64,000 bases of DNA from Woeseiaceae bacterium (GTDB taxonomy: Bacteria; Pseudomonadota; Gammaproteobacteria; Steroidobacterales; Woeseiaceae): NCBI GenBank assembly GCA_051007895.1, contig JBPCYD010000336.1, forward strand, positions 1,194 through 65,193. Reading direction: 5' to 3'. The translations under genes were made by a program, and so were the position numbers. The notes beneath the pieces were generated by a model that saw only the letters and a program-made list of their open reading frames with translations, searched no databases and had not been told where the DNA came from. Position 1 is the first letter of the stretch. Every line of letters starts with the position of its first letter. Below are positions 54,514 through 63,746 of this stretch, piece after piece.

Positions 54514-56451
54514 TCAGAATGGACCATTGATAACGGTTGGTACGAACCAGTTCGAAACCCACACGGCCTCGTCACGAATATAGAACACGGTATCGTCGTG
54601 AATGAACGCCCGACTTCGCTCCACGTAGGGAATTTCGACTCCCGGACGGGGCGGAACAATGGACCCGACTGAATTCAATGATGACAATGCAGGTTGATCT
54701 TTGTCGCGAATCTCAAACAGAAACAGCCCGGACTCCACGAACTGCAAGCTACCATCGCTCCCGTAGACGTTCGCGGGAATCGTAAACCGGTCAATTCCGT
54801 TTACATCAGTTTGATAGGTAAATGCGTGGCGATCGTAACGCGCCTCGCTGTAGGAACCTGCTCCGCCCAGGGTTGTGCTGCCCCGTGACAACGGCTGCGA
54901 TACATTGGAAACGTCAAACAGTTCAAGCTTGACTCCGCCATTGGCCCCGGCGCCAAGGCCCAGCAGCAGTTCATCATTGACCGGATGCAGAAAATCGGAG
55001 AATCCGGTGACGGTGAGTTCGCCCGCAATGAACGGATCGCCTGGATCCAGCATATCGATTACGTACAGCGGGTCGATCTGTTCAAATGTGACGGCATAGG
55101 CACGATCTCCGAGGAAGCGAACGCCATATAACGCCTCATTCGGTTTACCGATTTCTTCGGGCCGCGCGGCGTTCGGAAGCTCGGATACGATCTCGAGTTC
55201 ACGGGCAGTTGAAGACTCCCGCAGGACATACAGTTTGTGATCCAGACTGTCCTCGTTACTCCAGTCAAATTCGGTGGCAAGAACACGTAGATCGCCAGCG
55301 TACTCGCTCATGCGAAAGTCTGCCTGACCACCGCGCCATACCTGCCCCGTGATGTCAGCTGACCCTCTGTAGTTCACGGACGTGCTGGAGAGCGCGAACT
55401 TGTGAATGCGCGTGTTGTACTGGCTCAGTGACGTGTCGGTACGAAACTCCGTAAAGTAGATCGCGTTCTCCGATACGTAGGCACCATAGGCTTCTTTGTT
55501 GTAACAGGTTGTGGAGAATGCGCTCGGGTCGTCGATCGGCACAGCCGTGATGCTTGTGATGACGGGGTATCCAGAGTCGACATCGGCATTGTCGATATAG
55601 CAGCGCTCCGGAGCGACTAGCGATCCATCGACGCCGTTCACGGTAATCTTTGGCAGCAGATCACCCAGTGAAACGCCGTCCAGAATTGCGTGGTTGCTGG
55701 CCTGTTGTGCAGCTGTCGTCACGGCGTAATCCAGACCATCGATCCACGGCGCATAGCGGCTGACGATGTATACCGTATTACCGATACGCCGGCTTTCGAC
55801 AAAGACGCCGTCGATCGTTGCCTCGATGTCCAGCTGCGGATTGCTTGGATCCGCCATATCGTAAATACTGAAGCCCAGTTTTTCGGGCGCCCATATTGCA
55901 ACGTCTGCCCACATTCCCCCGAAATGACCGTAGATAGATGTTCCTGTCAGGGCAAACATTCGATCATCCGCAACGTACATGCCTTGTATCGACACGTCGT
56001 CATCTAGCGGAATCGTGCTCGCCAGCGCCGCCGTTCCGTTGTCGGGGTCAGTCGCCAGGACACGTATCGACCGTTCCGGTGCGACACTTGTCCCGGTCGA
56101 CTCGGCCGCAACAAAGCAGCAGTGAAAATATCGACGTGGCGCAACATAAAGATTCGAACCGTCGTACCGGACCGCATCGAACTCATCGACGCGCGTCTCC
56201 TGCGTATAGGTTCCGGTGAAGTTTCCAGCCGGCGCGGCCGCGGCCTGTAAATCGGCAATCTCCTCTGCGCTGCGCATCACCGAAAACCCGGACTTTATGG
56301 AGTTTTCGAGCTCTGCTGGACTGGATACCTGCTTCAACAGTCCCTGAATCGGTGGCACGGGTTCACGATCACCCGTGGAGCCACCGCCGCCACATGCCGA
56401 GATCGTCAAACTGACGCTCACAAGCAATATCCCTGGCAACAAACGATTCAT
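54514..56451 (-). CDS. Beta-propeller-domain lipoprotein (Beta_propel/COG4880-like)
   Basis: Lipobox LTISACGGGG. The signature block is LYGVRFLGDRAYAVTFEQIDPLYVIDMLDPGDPFIAGELTVTGFSDFLHP. Confidence 0.7.
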   Translation of the reverse strand: MNRLLPGILLVSVSLTISACGGGGSTGDREPVPPIQGLLKQVSSPAELENSIKSGFSVMRSAEEIADLQAAAAPAGNFTGTYTQETRVDEFDAVRYDGSNLYVAPRRYFHCCFVAAESTGTSVAPERSIRVLATDPDNGTAALASTIPLDDDVSIQGMYVADDRMFALTGTSIYGHFGGMWADVAIWAPEKLGFSIYDMADPSNPQLDIEATIDGVFVESRRIGNTVYIVSRYAPWIDGLDYAVTTAAQQASNHAILDGVSLGDLLPKITVNGVDGSLVAPERCYIDNADVDSGYPVITSITAVPIDDPSAFSTTCYNKEAYGAYVSENAIYFTEFRTDTSLSQYNTRIHKFALSSTSVNYRGSADITGQVWRGGQADFRMSEYAGDLRVLATEFDWSNEDSLDHKLYVLRESSTARELEIVSELPNAARPEEIGKPNEALYGVRFLGDRAYAVTFEQIDPLYVIDMLDPGDPFIAGELTVTGFSDFLHPVNDELLLGLGAGANGGVKLELFDVSNVSQPLSRGSTTLGGAGSYSEARYDRHAFTYQTDVNGIDRFTIPANVYGSDGSLQFVESGLFLFEIRDKDQPALSSLNSVGSIVPPRPGVEIPYVERSRAFIHDDTVFYIRDEAVWVSNWFVPTVINGPF

Positions 56452-56694
56452 GTCACTTTCTCCCGTTCAAATCTGTATTTGAGTCTATGCCTGCGGAACC
56501 ATTGAATCTGTGCAAAAAGTTGGGGTGAATTGTCGGAATTTGTAATACAGGCGCTTTACATTATTCGACAATTTCAATACACCTTCTGTTACGACCCGGA
56601 CTAAGGAACTGTCACACTCCTAAGCCAAATACAGTGTATTCCCAGGAAATCCGACGACAACCGTGACAGCCCAAAGGCGGTAGGCGGCTCAACC

Positions 56695-57561
56695 ATGAAA
56701 TTAAAGACGGTCATTATGCTCCTGACGATTTTGACGTTGCCTACGAGAATCGCTTCCGCATCGGAGACGAATCCGCAGGAGCCCTCGCCTGCGTCGACCA
56801 GTACGGTCGCTGCGGCAATGTCCGATCCCGGTGCATCCCGGTGGCAGTTTGGTATTGCGCTCGGTTACGGATTGCGAACGAATCCGCTGATTCAGTCAGA
56901 CGATATTCCAATTGTCGTTGACATCGATATTGGGTGGTTTGGCGACCACTTCTTCTTTGACAACGGCGACGTCGGACTGACATTCGTCGACAATAACTCG
57001 CTGACCGCCAGCGTCGTCGCACGTGTCAACAGTGACAGGATCTTCTTCGGGAAAACCGATACGAAATTCGTCAACGTCGACCTTGCAGGCCAACCCATTG
57101 CGTCGGAAGTTGAGCTGACGATTCCGGACCGGGACTATGCCATCGAACTAGGGTTCGAAGTGCTCGCCGATGGTAACTGGGGTCATCTCCAAATTGCAGC
57201 GCACCACGATGTTAGTGGCACGCACGATGGTTACGAAGTCGATTTCAACTATGGCATCGGATTCCGAAATCAACGCTGGTATTTAGAGCCCTCTGTCGGC
57301 GTGACGTACAAAAGCAGGGCGATGAACGATTATTACTGGGGCATAAACCCCGGCGAGTCCAGCGAAGCATTACCCACCTACTCAGCGAATTCCGGTCTCA
57401 ACACTCATGCACGCTTGCTTTTTAGCTATCAATTGAATCAACACTGGGCGTTTACGCTCGCCAGCGAGTTCGAACGTCTTAATGACGAAGCTGCGGCGAG
57501 TCCGATTGTCGGTGATCAGAACGTCCTGGGTTATTTCGCCGGTTTCGGTTACAGGTTTTGA
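56695..57561 (+). CDS. mipA: MipA/OmpV-family outer-membrane protein
   Basis: Signal peptide, beta-strand periodicity and terminal GFGYRF. The size and pattern match MipA/OmpV. Confidence 0.7.
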   Translation: MKLKTVIMLLTILTLPTRIASASETNPQEPSPASTSTVAAAMSDPGASRWQFGIALGYGLRTNPLIQSDDIPIVVDIDIGWFGDHFFFDNGDVGLTFVDNNSLTASVVARVNSDRIFFGKTDTKFVNVDLAGQPIASEVELTIPDRDYAIELGFEVLADGNWGHLQIAAHHDVSGTHDGYEVDFNYGIGFRNQRWYLEPSVGVTYKSRAMNDYYWGINPGESSEALPTYSANSGLNTHARLLFSYQLNQHWAFTLASEFERLNDEAAASPIVGDQNVLGYFAGFGYRF

Positions 57562-57565
57562 TGTG

Positions 57566-57961
57566 ATGCGTTGGCTTCCGGTTTTCCTTCTGTTTTCTCT
57601 TTCACAGGCCTCCTTGGCGGCCGATGATTCACCCGTACAGCTCAAGGTGAAGCCGGTTCTTTGTATAATCGACGCCAGGACACCGAGTTGCCAGATGTCG
57701 TTCCTGGTCATATGGCAGAGCGCGGAGAGCGGTTATTATTGTCTCTATAACGACTTCGGAGACGTCCCGGTACGCTGCTGGACCGATGAGAGCGCGGGCG
57801 AAGTCGATGACGAGCGCAATGTGCAGAGTGCGTTCAACTATTGGATGACCGGTGACGATGGGCAAGCGCGACTTGCTGTAGTCTCCGTCGAAGTGTTGCG
57901 TATGGATTCTGACGATCGGCGCCGCAGGCGCCGCGGGCGGCACGTATGGGACATTCTTTGA
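57566..57961 (+). CDS. DUF3019-like secreted four-Cys protein with poly-Arg C-terminus
   Basis: Signal peptide MRWLPVFLLFSLSQASLA, Cys pairs (CIIDARTPSC; YYCLYNDFGDVPVRCW), tail DDRRRRRRGRHVWDIL. The gene sits between mipA and a two-component system, as I recall for DUF3019. Confidence 0.55.
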   Translation: MRWLPVFLLFSLSQASLAADDSPVQLKVKPVLCIIDARTPSCQMSFLVIWQSAESGYYCLYNDFGDVPVRCWTDESAGEVDDERNVQSAFNYWMTGDDGQARLAVVSVEVLRMDSDDRRRRRRGRHVWDIL

Positions 57962-58677
57962 ACGACTCTGCCATCGATATCCTCCTGGTCGAGGACGATC
58001 GGCGTCTCGCTGATCTCACCGCTGAGTATTTTCGGCAGAACGGCTTGTCGATAGCGGTTGAATCTCGCGGTGATCTCGCCCTTGCCCGATTCAAGAGCGT
58101 ACAACCACGAATTGTCCTCCTTGATCTGATGCTGCCTGGAGCCGATGGGCTGACCGTGTGCCGCGAGCTGCGTGAGATCTTCAGCGGACCCATACTCATA
58201 TTCACTGCAAGAGACTCCGATATCGACCAGGTAATCGGCCTGGAGGCGGGTGCCGACGACTACGTGGCGAAGCCGGTTGACCCGATGGTTCTGTTGGCGC
58301 GAACCAGGGCGTTGTTGAGGCGGGTAGAAGATGGTGGTCCACAGCAAGTGCTGGCTAACGATATCGCATTGGGTAGTTTGAAAATCAGCGAGGCCTCGCA
58401 GGAAGTATCGTTAGACGGACAGATCGTCGAACTTACGACGCAGGAATTCGAGCTATTGCAGCTGCTTGCTCGTCACGCCGGAAAGATTCTAAGTCGGGAG
58501 GAAATTTTTCATCAATTGCGCGGTATTGACTATGATGGTCTCGATCGCTCGATCGATGGAAGAGTTTCGAAACTCCGCCGAAAGCTCGGCGACAGTGCGA
58601 CTAAACCAACCCGTATCAAGACCGTCTGGGGTAAAGGCTACCTGATCGTACCTGACGCCTGGGGCGATCAACAGTGA
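57946..58677 (+). CDS. OmpR-family response regulator
   Basis: Receiver domain (ILLVEDD, DLMLPGADG, KP) and winged-helix output (LTTQEFELLQLL...VWGKGY). Overlaps the upstream gene by 16 nt. Confidence 0.9.
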   Translation: MGHSLNDSAIDILLVEDDRRLADLTAEYFRQNGLSIAVESRGDLALARFKSVQPRIVLLDLMLPGADGLTVCRELREIFSGPILIFTARDSDIDQVIGLEAGADDYVAKPVDPMVLLARTRALLRRVEDGGPQQVLANDIALGSLKISEASQEVSLDGQIVELTTQEFELLQLLARHAGKILSREEIFHQLRGIDYDGLDRSIDGRVSKLRRKLGDSATKPTRIKTVWGKGYLIVPDAWGDQQ

Positions 58678-59966
58678 GCGGATTTTTCGTTCGCGGCCAC
58701 CGGCAGTTTCTATTTAGAACCTACTTATTTCTTGTAGCTGGACTGCTTGTCGCCGCGATAATTCTCGATATGGGCTTCAGTTACCTGGATTCGACCCAGT
58801 CCCCGGCGGAAGACAGATGGGTCAGTACCAGTCTTGACCTCATTGAGCGGGAATTACGCTCCGTGCCCGAAGCCGAGCGGCCCGCAATCGTACAAGTAAT
58901 GAGCCAGGAGCTCGGCATTGCAATTCAGTTGTTGAATGAAGATGAGATTGTGACCTCCGCCGTTACGCCGTCAGCGACTACGAGGCTCGTTGATGCGAAC
59001 GGAAATACCTACTACCTGCGTGACGCGCCGATGCTAGGACGTCTTGTTCGTTTGGGGCCCGTCGCAATTGAACAGGATCGAATCCTTCTCAACCTGCTGC
59101 CGCCTCTTTTCTACCTCTCCATTTTCATTGTCGTTGGACTGTGGTTGCGACCGTTACTGAAAGAACTCAACCTCATCACCAACGCATCACAACGATTCGC
59201 CGCGGACTATCGTGAACCATTGTCAACGGCAGATGAGACATCACAGCTAAAGAGCCTCGCGGTTAATCTTGATGACATGTCGAAACGCATAAGTGGTTTG
59301 TTTCGCAGCCAAAAAGAACTGATTGCAGCACTGTCACATGAAATGCGCACGCCGTTGGCTCGAATTCGGTTCGCGTTGGCCGTCATGGGAAACAAGGATA
59401 AGGAAGACGTCCAGGCGCAACTGGATGAGCTGAACGACGATGTTCTGGAAGTCGACCAGCTCATTGGTACGATGTTGAACTACGCCAGACTGGATCATCC
59501 GGAGCTGCGCATGAACTGGCAGGATGTTCCGCTTGAAGAGTGGCTCGACCAAACTGCGGATAAATGCCGTCAACCGGGCAGAACAATAACTGTCGTCAAG
59601 AACGGACAGCCTGATACGGCTCGAATGGACCCCAGGCTGATGGGGCTTGCATTGAGTAATCTACTCGTAAACGCCTGTCGGTACGGCAAAGAAGCAGTGT
59701 ATTGCGGTGTCACCTGTAGCAATGGGCAAAACCAAATGGTTGTCGAAGACGACGGAAAAGGAATTCCCGACTCGCAGCGCGAGTCTGTTTTCAAAGCATT
59801 CACGCGCATCGATGATAGTCGCAGTCGCGAAACGGGTGGCTACGGGCTTGGCCTTGCGATCGTCTCCCGCATCACTGCACTTCATGGCGGACAGGTATCT
59901 ATAGATGCATCCGATAGTCTCGGCGGCGCCAGGTTTACAATCTCCTGGGACCAGACCAGCGACTAA
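58674..59966 (+). CDS. Sensor histidine kinase (two TM helices, HisKA/HATPase_c)
   Basis: H-box LSHEMRTPLARI, N-box LLVNACRYG, G-boxes EDDGKGIP and GGYGLGLAIV. GTG start overlaps the regulator stop. Confidence 0.9.
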   Translation: MSGFFVRGHRQFLFRTYLFLVAGLLVAAIILDMGFSYLDSTQSPAEDRWVSTSLDLIERELRSVPEAERPAIVQVMSQELGIAIQLLNEDEIVTSAVTPSATTRLVDANGNTYYLRDAPMLGRLVRLGPVAIEQDRILLNLLPPLFYLSIFIVVGLWLRPLLKELNLITNASQRFAADYREPLSTADETSQLKSLAVNLDDMSKRISGLFRSQKELIAALSHEMRTPLARIRFALAVMGNKDKEDVQAQLDELNDDVLEVDQLIGTMLNYARLDHPELRMNWQDVPLEEWLDQTADKCRQPGRTITVVKNGQPDTARMDPRLMGLALSNLLVNACRYGKEAVYCGVTCSNGQNQMVVEDDGKGIPDSQRESVFKAFTRIDDSRSRETGGYGLGLAIVSRITALHGGQVSIDASDSLGGARFTISWDQTSD

Positions 59967-60027
59967 TGCTCTATTGAGTAGACAACGAGCAGTCAAAACT
60001 CTGACATTATCCAGATTGCGGCAATCG

Positions 60028-62232
60028 CTAGCCTATTGTGAATGACAACAAACCTTCGATGGTATCGGACCGCAGATCGATATTTTCGTACACATCACTT
60101 GAGCTGTCGCCTTGTTCGTCAAGATTCTCCAGCACGGTATGCAGGGCTTCCGGACGATGTACAGCAAACCCCTGCGCATAGTGCACGCCGAGTTCTTTTA
60201 GTCGAGCTCTGACCAACGCGTTCTCAACGTGTTCGGCGACCGTTGTCGCACCAATATCCTGCGCCATCTTGACTACAGAGGACACGATCGTATTCGAAAG
60301 GTCACACTCAAGGAGATCGCGAACGAAGGAGCCGTCAATTTTCAGAATATCGACTGGTAAAGTCTTTAGGTAGGCGAAAGAACTGTACCCAGTGCCGAAA
60401 TCGTCCAGAGCGACCTGGCAGCCAAGTCTCTGAATGCGCTTGACGAACCGCTGCGCTCTATCGATGTAGCGCACGAGCGAAGTTTCGGTTATTTCGAAAC
60501 AGAGAATTTCTGGCGGAATATTAGTTTCCGAAATGCGCGACTCGATGTAGTCCACGAACGTGTCGTCTTGTAAAGACTGCGCCGAAACGTTGATACAGTA
60601 AGAGTTCGAATGGACCCCGAGTACGTTATCGGCTTTTGCAAGCGTTTCCAGCACTGCATTGACGACCCAGCGATCCAACGCTGCCATCATCTGGTAGCGC
60701 TCTGCCGCCTGCAGGAATTGATAAGCGTTTCCGTCCTCTACACTGTCATCGAACAGTCGTATAAGTAGCTCGAATTTCCGAACGCCATCTGTATTGATCG
60801 GCTCAATTTTCTGGGCGAATATCGTGAACCGATCCTCTATGAGCGCCATTTGCAGGAAGCCGACTTTATCGACGTCGCTGCGGCGCTGAATGATGCTGCC
60901 ATCATTCCCCTGGTAAGTCGCACATTGATTTCCGCCCCGATCCTGGGCGCCCCTTGCTGCGACTTCCGCCAGGATCAGCAGCTCTTCACTGCTCTTCGCG
61001 GTCGACTCAGTCGTTGCGATTCCTGCACTTGCGGAGAAACGAAGAGATTTGTTGGTGTTCTCAATGGACTCATCAGAGAATTGTCGCAGTATCTGTTCTA
61101 TCTTTAACGCGCCCGTGTCTGCCGAGGCACCGGGCATGAACAGTGCGAAGCGATCGCCACCAAGATGCGCAGCGACGTCATTGCTGCCGGCGCATTCAAT
61201 GAGTACTTCACCGAACTTTGCCAAAGCTCTGTCGCCGTTGGAATATCCGAACGCGTCATTGATGGCGTGCATTCTATCGATATCGAAATATGCCAATGTG
61301 TTTGAGAGCGGAGACTGCACCAAAAGTGCGGTCTCGATTCTGGCCAATATGTCTGTGCGACTGACGAGAGATGAGGGTGCGTGCTCGGTTCCGGGCAAGG
61401 AAATAACCTTGGTGCTTAGCGATCTCAAGGCACTGGTTTGTCCGGGCTTCTTCGTTCTATCGATGAGAATGGCCAGACCGTCTGATTTTCGTTGACCTCG
61501 ACTCAATGGGACACAGGTCGCAACGTGATTTTCGCCGTTGGGCAATTCGATTTTCACGGAAATGGCCTTCTTTTTCATTTCCTGTACGGCGAAAAGCTTT
61601 TCTGCAAGCGCTTTGAGAAATTTATCCAGGTTGGAATCGGTGGGTGAATTGATGAGCTTCCGCTTTCCGGGAATATAAACCGAGACATACGCACATCCGA
61701 TTGTCTCGCGAAAAATATCCATTAACGTTTTTACATTTTCATCGAAACTTCCGTTTAACCTGGCTGCGTTCAAGTTAACGACAAGATTGTTGCTACGATT
61801 TGTCGTCGCGCTAACAAGAGATTTCATTGTCAGCGAGGTGTCGATTCGAATTTGACGACTCAGGCACTCAAGCGCCGGCGCGATCGCTTCACTAACATAG
61901 CTTAGACTCGACGAGTCAAGTGTGTTTACGGTCAGGCGAAGCAACAATGGTGGCGTGTCCACCTGGAGCAGAGGAAAGTCATAGGCGACTATATTCTGCT
62001 GCAAGCTGCGCTTTACGGGAATGTGCAAGTCCATTGTGCCCGGACCTTCGGCATCGGACATCAATACGGGGTTGGTTTGGTTTCTCAGGCTCCACCTCGG
62101 CGTTCCGGCCTGATCAAAAATGATCAGATCCGCAACATCTGCCACAGCCTCAACGATTTCGCGTACGTACACCGCAATGACCTGATCATCCAGGACCAAT
62201 TCTTCGCCAACTTCCCTATTGCTATCGACCAT
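60028..62232 (-). CDS. GGDEF(degenerate)-EAL c-di-GMP protein with uncharacterised ~300-aa N-terminal region
   Basis: GGDRF replaces GGDEF. EAL-domain blocks are ELLIRL, CFEITET, ALDDFGTGYSS, LKIDGSF and AEHVE. Confidence 0.8.
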   Translation of the reverse strand: MVDSNREVGEELVLDDQVIAVYVREIVEAVADVADLIIFDQAGTPRWSLRNQTNPVLMSDAEGPGTMDLHIPVKRSLQQNIVAYDFPLLQVDTPPLLLRLTVNTLDSSSLSYVSEAIAPALECLSRQIRIDTSLTMKSLVSATTNRSNNLVVNLNAARLNGSFDENVKTLMDIFRETIGCAYVSVYIPGKRKLINSPTDSNLDKFLKALAEKLFAVQEMKKKAISVKIELPNGENHVATCVPLSRGQRKSDGLAILIDRTKKPGQTSALRSLSTKVISLPGTEHAPSSLVSRTDILARIETALLVQSPLSNTLAYFDIDRMHAINDAFGYSNGDRALAKFGEVLIECAGSNDVAAHLGGDRFALFMPGASADTGALKIEQILRQFSDESIENTNKSLRFSASAGIATTESTAKSSEELLILAEVAARGAQDRGGNQCATYQGNDGSIIQRRSDVDKVGFLQMALIEDRFTIFAQKIEPINTDGVRKFELLIRLFDDSVEDGNAYQFLQAAERYQMMAALDRWVVNAVLETLAKADNVLGVHSNSYCINVSAQSLQDDTFVDYIESRISETNIPPEILCFEITETSLVRYIDRAQRFVKRIQRLGCQVALDDFGTGYSSFAYLKTLPVDILKIDGSFVRDLLECDLSNTIVSSVVKMAQDIGATTVAEHVENALVRARLKELGVHYAQGFAVHRPEALHTVLENLDEQGDSSSDVYENIDLRSDTIEGLLSFTIG

Positions 62233-62460
62233 AGCAACACTATCGGCTTCCGGACTAATTTCTTTAGAATTTCAACGATATAGATCGCAATGGCGCCGCC
62301 ACCGATCGACCTGGAACAAATAGGCTTCGAATCTTTTTCGGGGCTCTGCTCGCCGCCTGGCAGCATCGACCTTGCGCCGGGCAACCAGGTTCCGGAAGCA
62401 GGTGGATTCCTGCCAGCCGTTTAACACCGAATGGACCAGTTGCAATGGCTCGCGTCGATA

Positions 62461-63663
62461 TTATGTGAGTATTTTGGGCAGTGACGGGTTCAAATGCATA
62501 AGGGTGTCGTAGACTGATGTGCTGCTCGATGATGCAAGTGCATTCGGGTGAATTGCAGCATGATCTGGGCCCATCAGGGTCGCAACATCACCTATGCTGA
62601 CGTTGCGTTCGTCTCCAATCTCGATAATGGTATGACTGGCGCTCACGGCGCCGATGACCGGATAAAGCCTGCCATTGACCAGCACCCGTGAACCATCGAC
62701 CGCCGTGCGCGGAATACCGTCAGTATGCCCTGCGGGAATTGTGGCCACCCATACCGGCTTGTCGGCGACATAGTGACCTCCGTAGCTGACACTGTCCCCT
62801 TTACGTAATTTCTCGGTTCGAACGATTCGCGCCTTCAGGCTGACGGCCGTCTGCAGCTTGGCAATTTCACTCTCCGCTGTGTGATCGGACGGGTACGCAC
62901 CGAATAAAGCAATGCCCGGCCGTACCTGGTCCAGATGAGCATCAGAAAAATTGAAGACAGCATGTGACGAAGCCGCGTGCAGTGGACCTAGCTCTGCACC
63001 ATTCTCGAGCGCTGTATCGGTGAATTCCTTGAAGCGCCTGAGCTGCTCTCGATCAAACTCCGATTCTTCGGTGAATCCCATGAAGGTACCCTTGATATCG
63101 ATATCAAGTCCGGCCACTTGTTCCAGCACCGGCATGGCCCGGTGGTACGGAATACCCATGCGGCTCATCCCCGTATCCAGGTAAAACTGCGCTGTAGGTC
63201 GCCGGCCGGCTCGGCCGGCAGCCCGCATGACACGAGCTGCCGCATCGTCTGTACAGAGGCTGAACTGGATATCCCGCCTCGCCAGTTCCTCGCCGTCCCG
63301 TTCAGAAAACAACGCGAGTAACAAGACAGGCTTGCGTACGCCCGCATCGCGCAACGCAATGGCCTCCGCCGCTTTGACGACTGCAAATCCTCTAATCTCC
63401 GACATTGGCTCGAGCACGGATGCGACGGTTGTCAAACCGAGCCCGTAGGCATTGTTCTTGATCACCGCCAGGACTGGACGGCCGCCGGCTAGCCTGGAAA
63501 CCGTTTTGGCGTTGTATTGAAGCGCGGCAGCATCAACTTCTATCCATGGGTCGAAACGGTCGGCATCGATTGATGCTACCGCTGCCTCGGACACCGCTGA
63601 TAGTGAAGCCAACACTGGAGCGGACGCCAGCCCGCCAACAATTTCGCGTCGTGTAATACCCAT
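62461..63663 (-). CDS. alr: Alanine racemase-family PLP enzyme with twin-arginine signal peptide
   Basis: MGITRREIVGGLASAPVLASLSAVSEA (T-R-R-x-hydrophobic). The PLP lysine block is AVIKNNAYGLG, and GDSVSYGG is present. GGGAGGAA RBS 6 nt upstream of the ATG at 63663. Confidence 0.75.
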   Translation of the reverse strand: MGITRREIVGGLASAPVLASLSAVSEAAVASIDADRFDPWIEVDAAALQYNAKTVSRLAGGRPVLAVIKNNAYGLGLTTVASVLEPMSEIRGFAVVKAAEAIALRDAGVRKPVLLLALFSERDGEELARRDIQFSLCTDDAAARVMRAAGRAGRRPTAQFYLDTGMSRMGIPYHRAMPVLEQVAGLDIDIKGTFMGFTEESEFDREQLRRFKEFTDTALENGAELGPLHAASSHAVFNFSDAHLDQVRPGIALFGAYPSDHTAESEIAKLQTAVSLKARIVRTEKLRKGDSVSYGGHYVADKPVWVATIPAGHTDGIPRTAVDGSRVLVNGRLYPVIGAVSASHTIIEIGDERNVSIGDVATLMGPDHAAIHPNALASSSSTSVYDTLMHLNPSLPKILT

Positions 63664-63746
63664 CAGGCATTCCTCCCGGATCCAAATTCCCGCCAATTGC
63701 CCGGCTCATACTATAGACCCTGACCGAAGTCAGAAAGTACAGCGCA

